Positions 53,461-64,000 of a stretch of 64,000 nucleotides of DNA are shown here, one piece after another (the stretch's first letter is position 1; every line of letters starts with the position of its first letter). Below the pieces are notes generated by a model that worked only from the letters and a program-made list of their open reading frames with translations, did no database searches and was not told where the DNA came from. The position numbers and the translations under genes are program-made. The stretch spans positions 399,342,001 to 399,406,000 of the forward strand of contig OZ024740.1 of the NCBI GenBank assembly GCA_964016885.1. Direction: 5' to 3'. The DNA comes from Eledone cirrhosa (taxonomy: Eukaryota).

Positions 53461-55697
53461 TTAACATTTCAAATACAAACCTCTCAGCCCAACAAGTAAA
53501 AATTCTCTCCAAAGGTCTGAAATTCACACCAACACCACAATATCCTAACCCCAACGAGATAAATGACGATATCTCACACTTCTGTAGAAAATTACGTCTC
53601 ACAGAGGAATTCTTTGACAAGGAGAATAACGACGAATCAATTGTACGGAATAAAAGCAGCTACAACCCAACAAAAGGTAGAAACAGAGTTCTGGACACAT
53701 TTTGTGACCACATAGCTACCTTCCCATACCATGAACTACCGCAACCTAAACCCAAACCCAACACAAGTCGAAGGGAATGGGAGATTATCCATGAACTAAA
53801 AAACAATCCGGACATTGTAATTAAGGAAGCGGACAAGGGAAGTACTGTTGTCATTATGGAGGCTGAAAAATATAAAAATTCTATGTTCTCTCTCTTACAA
53901 AATGCTAATTACTATGAAAGAGTAAAAAACTACCAGCAATCAAAAATAATGACCAAATTAAACACACTGATTTATCGATACCAGGAAGACCTAACTAAAA
54001 AGGAACGCGATTATTTAACAAATTTTGAATACAAAACCAGCAACCTTTACGGACTTCCGAAGATCCACAAATGTAAAATAATCAACGATGCCTGTAAACA
54101 ATCCACCTCAGCCTGCGTGAACACACAATACCCCACAGACCTTAGATTAAGACCAATTGTAGCGGGCCCACAATGTGAAACACACAGATTGAGCAACTTT
54201 ATAGACATACTACTGAAACCAATACTGAAACACATACCAAGCCTTGTAAGAGACGATCTGGACCTCTTAAACCACCTCCCCAAACATGTCAACAACGACA
54301 CTATTATTGTGTCTTTCGATGTAGTGAATCTCTACACAACGATCCCACACCAATACGGACTAGAAGCAATAGGATTCTGGCTAGAGAAATATCCCAATGA
54401 GATACCTGACAGAATAGAAAAAAGCTTCATCACCGAGGGATTAAAATTCATCCTACAGAACAACTTTTTTGATTTCGATGGCAATACTTACAAGCAAATA
54501 CCGGGGACTGCGATGGGCACAAAAGCCGCTCCAACTTATGCCAACTTAGTCATGGCATACTTAGAAGTCCAGATATATGAACAGTCCAAATCAAAATACG
54601 GATTGAACTTCCACAAATATTTATCAGAGAATTGGAAACGCTACTTGGATGATTGCCTCATTCTTTGGTCCCACACACTCGACCAACTGAAGGATTTCAA
54701 AAACTTAATAAACGGCATCAATAACCACATCCAATTCACAATGGAATACAGCCAAGATCAACTCCCATTTCTGGACATCTTAATCACAAAAAAAGACACA
54801 AATATCGAAACTGACATACACTACAAACCAACAGATTCCAAACAATATCTGCTATTCACCTCCAACCATCCAAAGCACACGAAGACGAACATTCCTTTTA
54901 ACCTAGCAAGAAGAATTTGCACAATTGTCTCCAATTATGAAACGCGAAATAAAAGACTTCAAGAATTAAAGGAAATTCTACTTGAGAGAGAGTACCCACT
55001 ATTACTAATAAATAATGGAATAGAAAGGGCTAAAGCAATAGGCATTGATGAATTACGGAAACAGAAACAAATTCAAGGTACGTCCAATATTCTATCATAT
55101 ATCTCAACACACAACCCAAGAAATGCGGAAGCTTACAACACTATTCACAATAACATCCCACTACTAAAACAAAACCCAAGAATGAAAAAAGCCCTTGAAA
55201 CACACAAAATAATCAAAAGCAAAAGACAACCAAAATCACTGAAAACATTACTCACCAATGCCAAATTACCTACCACAAACCCACAACCAAGTATCAAAAA
55301 ATGTGGTCGCTCTAATTGTGGAACCTGCACTCACCTCATTGAAGGCAACACGTATACATTTAAATCAGGACAAAATTTTACTGTAAAAAATCACTTCACT
55401 TGCTCATCAAAAAATCTAATTTATGCCATTAAATGTAAAGGATGCAATGAAGATTATATAGGACAAACTAAACTCACACTCAGAAACAGAATGACAGTTC
55501 ATCGCCAACAATTACGAGATCCAACCACGAGACAAATACCACTAAGTGCACATCTAGACATTTGCGCAAGTAATAAGACACCCAAATTCCAAGTCTTCCC
55601 ATTTTACCTTTGCGCTAACAATACAACAGAACAAATGCGAATAAATAAGGAAAATATGTTTATTCAAAAATATAGACCAACATTAAATAAGGTTTAA
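53397..55697 (+). CDS. PLE ORF2: RT + Cys linker + GIY-YIG endonuclease (no ATG before the conserved N-terminal motifs)
   Basis: LSKGLKFTPTP, ADKG, YGLPKIHK, RPIV, FDVVNLYTTIP, GTAMG, RYLDD, CGRSNCGTC, LIY..KC.GC..DYIGQT, P.LN. Confidence 0.95.
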   Translation, partial: RPRLQDSRHPVAQTDFEKPKIINISNTNLSAQQVKILSKGLKFTPTPQYPNPNEINDDISHFCRKLRLTEEFFDKENNDESIVRNKSSYNPTKGRNRVLDTFCDHIATFPYHELPQPKPKPNTSRREWEIIHELKNNPDIVIKEADKGSTVVIMEAEKYKNSMFSLLQNANYYERVKNYQQSKIMTKLNTLIYRYQEDLTKKERDYLTNFEYKTSNLYGLPKIHKCKIINDACKQSTSACVNTQYPTDLRLRPIVAGPQCETHRLSNFIDILLKPILKHIPSLVRDDLDLLNHLPKHVNNDTIIVSFDVVNLYTTIPHQYGLEAIGFWLEKYPNEIPDRIEKSFITEGLKFILQNNFFDFDGNTYKQIPGTAMGTKAAPTYANLVMAYLEVQIYEQSKSKYGLNFHKYLSENWKRYLDDCLILWSHTLDQLKDFKNLINGINNHIQFTMEYSQDQLPFLDILITKKDTNIETDIHYKPTDSKQYLLFTSNHPKHTKTNIPFNLARRICTIVSNYETRNKRLQELKEILLEREYPLLLINNGIERAKAIGIDELRKQKQIQGTSNILSYISTHNPRNAEAYNTIHNNIPLLKQNPRMKKALETHKIIKSKRQPKSLKTLLTNAKLPTTNPQPSIKKCGRSNCGTCTHLIEGNTYTFKSGQNFTVKNHFTCSSKNLIYAIKCKGCNEDYIGQTKLTLRNRMTVHRQQLRDPTTRQIPLSAHLDICASNKTPKFQVFPFYLCANNTTEQMRINKENMFIQKYRPTLNKV

Positions 55698-56190
55698 TAT
55701 ACATTATGTCAACACCACAATATGACATACACACACACACATAACACCTACTTTAGAAAATAAAAACCCGAACTAAATAAACCTTAAACATACGTTTGCA
55801 CTGGCAATACAACAGCAAACACGAAAAAGTCAGGAAAATATGTTCATTCAAAAATATTCCTACTAAAGGAATCATTTTCCTACACACACACATACACACA
55901 CACAATATATATATATATATATATATATATTCTCTTCATCTTAACATGCTAACCATACTCCCACACACATAACACCCATACACACACATAAAAACCCCCA
56001 CACCTACAACACCCTCCCCATTTCTACTAATAGAACCACTTTCCTACACACACATATATATACACACACACAAAAAATATATATTCTCTCTATCTAACAT
56101 ACTCGCACACACACACATAACACCCATATACACACACACACAACTCCCTCCCCCATCTCTACTAATAGAATCATCTTCCAATACACACAT

Positions 56191-56223
<33 letters not shown>

Positions 56224-56734
56224 AGCACACAAATAAACACATATCTTCAGTCTCAATAGAAAATCTGAACTCTGACACCTGAACTCTGACAGCTGGCCAT
56301 ATTCACTGAACCAGAACATTTCTCCCAATCCCTTTTCCCTTGACCACTATCTCTCCATCGTCATAACATTCACTATAGACTACAGAATAGTTTTCCAAAT
56401 AAGGGCGCAAAAATGTAATGAAAACTTGTTCACGTGACAGCCAAATTTCATTTATAACCAACCCCAAAAAAGCCTTCGTGAGCCTCATTTTTTCAAGTAA
56501 AAAGAAATTCAAACACTCATATATGAAAAAACAACCTGTGACACCCCCCCTCCCTCTCTTATTTGAAGAACTATTGTAACGCGAACTGGCGCGAAATTTA
56601 TTATAATTATTGACAAACCAATCAAATTACTTCTCGAAAAACCTGGTTTTCGAGCCAGTTTTTCCATATAAAACAAGTAACATTTAGAGACCAACCAGAT
56701 GTGAGAAAAACCACAGACCCTCCATCTCAACTCA

Positions 56735-56772
56735 CCTTTTGAAAAGCAGAAGAACTGCGAAACCGGTAAAGG
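56735..56772 (+). ncRNA. Minimal type I hammerhead, U3-A8 variant, 3' pLTR
   Basis: Identical to 52056-52093 at offset 4679. Confidence 0.82.
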
Positions 56773-56845
56773 AACCAAATAAATATATATATTTTAAAAA
56801 AAATAAGACTTCAGTTGCATTTTCGATTTCATCCCTTTTTCTTTA

Positions 56846-57545
<700 letters not shown>

Positions 57546-58256
57546 AGTAGTTTAGTTATTGCAAAACATTGTGAGATTTGTAGTAAAAATTCGATAATTT
57601 TTTACTTAAAGCCGATACAATATATATATATATATATATGAATAAAGTGGTCCTTCATCAGTGATCATCCAACCATCACCGGTATTTCTTCGCTTTAAAG
57701 ACAATATACCTCCGGTTGGTGCGAGCAACGGCTAAAGAAAGTCGTTGGGACACGTAAATAAAGGGAACAGCGAGAGTGTAAACAAACAAAGATGGTGAAG
57801 CAACGAAAAGTGAGGAAGAACGAGTCAAGTCCCAAATTTCCATGAATATAAGTTCGGTGAAATCGTGAACGAGAGAGAATAAAGACGATCAAAACTGGTT
57901 GAAATGTGAGCAAGGAAGGAATTCCGCACAGGTCTAACGGGAGGAAGAAGGAATCTAGTCTGTTAATTCGGTGAACATAAGTTCTGTGAAATCGTAGACG
58001 AGAGAGAGAAAAAATGCCGACCGGCCTGGCCAAGCGTGCGAAAGAAAAGAATTACGCACAGGTCAAACGGGAAGAAGGAGGAGGATTAGAGGTAGTAACA
58101 GAGAGTGAGTGAGTGAAGGGTGAGGAAGAGGCTAACAGAGAGAGTGACTGTTAGAGAGGGTAAAGATACAGAGAAAGAGGAAGCAGTAAGAACGAAATAG
58201 ACGGGTCACAGCGGGGGAAAAATATGTGTAAATATGAGAATAAATATATATATATA

Positions 58257-60569
58257 CTAGCAGAAGTGCCCGGCGTTGCTCGGGGCTCGGCCTCTTCATT
58301 TTCCACCAATGGCAGCGAACGTGTTGTTACAAAAGTTCATGCTTTGTGAAAACAGAATAGATGCCCTATGGAGGAAAGAGGGGGATTAAGCATGGGATAG
58401 TAAATACGGGTAATTTTAAAAATATACAACAATAGCATCTACTTACCATATGTCAGACCAGCAAGACTGTAGTGGTGCTGAATAGATCACAACACCTCCT
58501 TCGTAGAGATGTATCAAATGATCTATCTGTTGCTTTTGAATACTTTGTATTTGATGTAGAAATGAGCACGCATGTTAGTGTGAAGTTTCAGTCTTCACCA
58601 GGGGCCACAATTTGGATGACTTAAGACACGCACGTACTGCATCAGCTCTAGTCCCCTTTGGAATAACGGGAAGTGTTTGCCTGAAGTCCCCTGAGAGAAG
58701 AATTGTTATGCCTTCCATGGAAGCCGTAGAGTCTTTGATGTCTCTCAGAGATCTATCTAGCGCCTCAAGAGCACCTCTGTGGGCCATCGTGCATTCATCC
58801 CAAACGATAAGCTTGCATCGTCTGAACACTTCTGCCTGATCGGAGCTCTTACTGATGTTGCAAGTTGGTGTCTCAGTCTTCGCTAAGTCAAGCGGGTGCT
58901 TGAAAGTGGAGTGAGCTGTCCTGCCGCCTGGCAACAAAGTAGCTGCAATTCCAGAAGATGCCACAGCTAAGGCAATGCCTTCTGTTCGCCTAATCTCAGT
59001 CAATATTAATTTGGTGACAAAAGTTTTCCCAGTGCCTCCAGGAGCGTCCAGGAAAAAAATCCCCCCAGCTTTACCCCGGACAGAATTAACAACGGAGTTG
59101 TAAGCAAACTTCTGTTCTGGAAGGAGCTTTGGCTCATTCTCCGCTATGTAGTGGGCAAGCTCGTCAACATTATAACATGTCTCACGCAGCAAATCCGAAG
59201 ACAGAGTGTTTGCGCCTTCCCGGTTTGTAGAAGGTAGGCCATACACTTGCAACGCACTACCGCCCATATTGAGAACAGTATCTTCAATTTCAAGCAGCGC
59301 CCTGTTGTAAATGAGGTCACTGTACTCGATTTCCATTGATGGATTTAGCACCCGAGCGTGACGCAGGAAATCTTCAGACATGTAATCTTTGTAGGTAATC
59401 CATAAAGAGGCCGGATCACCCAAGTCGCACCATAGGAGTATAATAGCGAAAAGTGATCTCAGTCTTTTAGGAGATTTTAACAAAACGCCCTCTGCCATTG
59501 TGGCGGCCCATTGTGAATCGTCCTCCAAAAGGCCACGCCTAAAGCATGCTTCCCGGAAAGTATCACATAATTCAGCATTAACAGTTCTTATGTCCCGAAA
59601 GCTTTGTGGGCCGAAAACATCATGGAGGAGAAGGCGCAGGTGAAAACACTCATGCTGGTTGGGAGGTACAGTTTACACTCTTCCTATACAGCTGTCAAAC
59701 TTGACACCAGTATGTCCTTCAACATCCTGACCCGACTTCCTACGCACCCAAGTGTTGTTTGACCACACGTAGTAGGACGGGACCTGAGGGTATACAAGTG
59801 TTTTGGCAAATGTGTCAAGTTGGCAAAGCTTAAAAAAACCAGTCAAAGTTGTTTCTTTAGGATTGGCCACCGATTGAGCAGCAGTCTGTTCAGAGAAGTA
59901 GGCCCGCTGGCCATTTTCCAAATGAAGCGCTAGTTGTATGATGGCGGGTTGCCTTTGGTGAATTGGAAACCCGAATATGCGCCAAAAAGCTTCACCACTG
60001 CTGATATATCGACCTGCCAAGTACTGCGACACCTCGTCCAAGCTATTGTCCTTTTGAAGGCTGAACATGGCAGCGTCGGAACCCTTGTTAACATATTTAC
60101 ATATGTACTTTATGGGTGAAAGTTACTTCTACAGAAAAATTAACTTTGAAAGTCTACTGTCTGTTTATGAATATTGTTATTGTTGTTGTGATACAAATGT
60201 TAGTAAGTAAATGGGTATCGAAAAATAAAGGGTGAAAGTTACTTCAACATAAAAATTGACTTTGAAAGTATAAGGGTGATAATTGAATGTAAAAAAATTG
60301 ATAAGAAAGGCCCCCCCCCCCCCCAAAAAAAAATGTACAGGTATTTGTATGTATGTGTGTATTTTTATGTCGAAAAGAAAGGGTTAAAGTTACTTCTACA
60401 GAAAAATATAGTTTGAAAGTGTAAGGCCGATGTGTGTGTAAATTAAGTGACATGTATTTGTATGTATGTGTGTATATGTATGTATGTGTGTATGAAAATG
60501 TAAGGCCGATGTGTGTGTAAATTAAGTGACAGGTATTTGTATGTATGTGTGTATATGTATGTATGTGTG

Positions 60570-60601
<32 letters not shown>

Positions 60602-61389
60602 TGTATGTATGTATATATGTATGTATGAATGTATGTATGTATGTATGTATGTATGTATGTATGTATGTATGTATGTATGTATGTATGTATGTATGTATGT
60701 ATGTATTAAAGGTTGAAAGTAACTTCAACATAAAAATTGACTTTGAAAGTATAAGGCTGATAATTGAATGTAAAAAGATTGATAAGAAAGGCCTCCCCCC
60801 CAAAAAAAAATGTACAGGTATTTGTATGTATGTGTGTATTTTTATGTCGAAAATAAAGGGTTAAAGTTACTTATACAGAAAAATTTAGTTTGAAAGTGTA
60901 AGGCCGATGTGTGTGTAAATTAAGTGACAGGTATTTGTATGTATGTGTGTATATGTATGTATGTGTGTATATGTATGTATGTATGCGTTGATTGATTGAA
61001 ATTCCCGCGTTCCTGTTTCTATGACGTCAATCGTAACCATACCAACATATATGTGTGTGTATGCACCCACATATATGTGTGTATATATATTTTTTCAATG
61101 TTTCTCTTTTTCACAAACACTTATAAGAGAAGGTAGCAATTTTAAGGGGAGGTGATAAATGGGAGTAGATATAGGAAACGTATATCATATGAGAGAGGAG
61201 AAATCATCGATTGTTGAAATAAATCGATTTTTCCGTAATTGTGGCATTTTTTACCCAATAAGTTCGCCCATGACCCAAGTTAGAATATTTGTAAACATTC
61301 TGCTTAATTATTCATTCAATATTTTTGGAATTGTGTAAATGTATAAAATTGAAACATACATACAGACACAAAAATCTGCCTTTTATAGA
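58257..61389 (-). mobile_element. Internally deleted Helitron with both termini
   Basis: On minus: A|TCTATAAAAGG... at 61389 and CCCGagcaacgcCGGG-cacttctg-CTAG|T at 58257. Contains RepHel fragments and an internal minisatellite at about 60110-60990. Confidence 0.9.
58575..60115 (-). pseudogene. Helitron RepHel fragment (end of Rep region and PIF1-family helicase), frameshifted
   Basis: KYICKYVNKGSD, GRYISSGEAFWRIFGFPIH, DAPGGTGKT, ASSGIAATLLPGGRTAHS, WDECTM, GDFRQTLPV. Confidence 0.93.
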
Positions 61390-63002
61390 TAATGATGATG
61401 ATGATAAGTAATGAGTTAAATTAGTTAGCGAGAAAGTAATGTAATAGTCCCGGGTTCAAATTATGCTAAGTTACTTTTATAGTGAGAAAATTTAGTCTTC
61501 AGGGCGTGAGCTGTCACTCATCCACTGTCCCGTCGGCAAAATCGCTGCTGTTTGTCAGCTCCCACTCCCACTCACACACACAGACACAGAGATACTGACA
61601 GATACATATAGAGTAGCTTGTGTGCTTGCATTCACACATGCACGCCCAGAACCATACCCACATATCCGTGTGACCACACACAGATATAAATAGTCACACA
61701 AATATACGCATACAGGCACACAGAGAGGCACACACACACGCACACACACACACGCGCGCGCGCGTGTATATACGCACGCATATACACAGACACACACACA
61801 TACACGCACCCGTATATATACATGTACACACACGTACGCGTTCGTACACATACATACACATACACGCACAGATATATATACATACATACACACATTCACA
61901 CATACGTCTACACACATACCCACATTTATATACATATATATATATATATACACACATACATACCTTTATATATCTTTTTTCCCTACACGTGTGCATACAC
62001 ACACACACATATATGTATATGCACACATCTACACACACATAAAAAAAATGCAAAAATACATGTAAGAAAGCCTATAAAGATACACACCGGGCTGCACATG
62101 CAAACATGCACCTTGTTGTACGTGCTGACAGAGCCGAAATTATGCCGCCAACGTTGATTAATCCACGTATAGACACCTCAAGTAAAGCCACATATGGGGA
62201 GTTCATGACATTAATGTAAAGGGTATGCCCAGACCGTACACAGAAATTGCACGCGTGATATACAAAAAATGTATGCAGAATATATAAAAAAAATACATAC
62301 ATCTGAATTATATAAGCATACAACTATACACATTAGCCTGCACATGGAAAAGTACATAGGGTGTTACGTAATGGAGTGCGTGGAGATAATGCACACTCCG
62401 CCAAAAAGATACACATCCTTGTTTATTGGTATTAAGAATATAAAACAGAGCAACTTTTCTAGCAACGGAAACAAAATATAAAAGTTATAACTAAAATTGC
62501 ATATAAGGAAATATTAAATTAATGAATTCATGTGTTTTAATGATAACTAATAGTATAATAATTTCAATAATACCATGATGTAATAATTATAATGATATAA
62601 CAATGAAATGATTGTGATAATATTAATTCTATTTTCTTTCTCACCTATCCACCCAGAGGTGATAAATTACTTTGACAAAATTGTCTGAATGTACAAATAA
62701 ATGTCAGAATAATTATTGTGTTTTAATTCTCAACAGCCGTAGAATTCCCACTTGTTCAGTTAGAAATAATATTAATATTACAGAGAAAATAAATTTGTAG
62801 AAATTCTCATGTGTGTAGTAGTGCATATGTGTAGGAAACTCAGAAAACAATAGAAAAAACAAACTAAAATCGAAGAATATTGGATATCTTACCTCATTTT
62901 GTATCAAATTATGATAGCCAAAAAAGCAAATATTTCTCTCTCTTTGGTAAACGGTTTATTTTTCTATATATTTATATATGCCAAAACGATACAGTACAAT
63001 GA

Positions 63003-64000
<998 letters not shown>

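Larger units (their letters stand above)
50973..56845 (+). mobile_element. Apparently full-length Neptune-type Penelope-like element with direct pseudo-LTRs (50973-52167 and 55655-56845)
   Basis: About 1.19-kb near-identical direct repeats; the 5' one begins with the last codons of the ORF (MFIQKYRPTLNKV*); two intact ORFs; ends in (TA)n. Confidence 0.95.

Noticed and set aside
60110-60990. Repeat-spacer-like pattern suggestive of CRISPR
   Set aside because: Eukaryotic context, degenerate units, repeated spacers and no cas genes; it is a Helitron-internal minisatellite.

Overview
AT-rich, microsatellite-dense eukaryotic DNA, most consistent with a mollusc such as an octopod (inferred from repeat style only). 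The window spans about 1.6 units of a recent tandem segmental duplication (offset about 28 kb). Each unit carries a minus-strand, single-cysteine-cluster Toll-like receptor gene. Copy 2 is complete: 42381-40136 spliced to 25977-25737 gives 828 aa. Copy 1's last exon lies left of the window. The large introns hold retroelements, many inserted in (TA)n tracts: many Penelope-like elements (PLEs), an L1/Tx1-like LINE, an RTE fragment, R4/Dong-like and CRE-like fragments, SINE-like pieces, plus an internally deleted Helitron. Four observations stand out. (1) An apparently intact Neptune-type PLE (50973-56845) has a coiled-coil ORF1 joined to its RT/GIY-YIG ORF by a U_UUU_UUA -1 slippery site. (2) More than 20 hand-folded type I hammerhead ribozyme copies sit at element ends, and three unrelated families use the U3-A8 core covariant. 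(3) A 469-bp non-coding tandem hammerhead repeat resembles a retrozyme. (4) All 10 amino-acid differences between the two TLR large exons cluster in one central LRR segment. All calls are by eye; no database searches were run.
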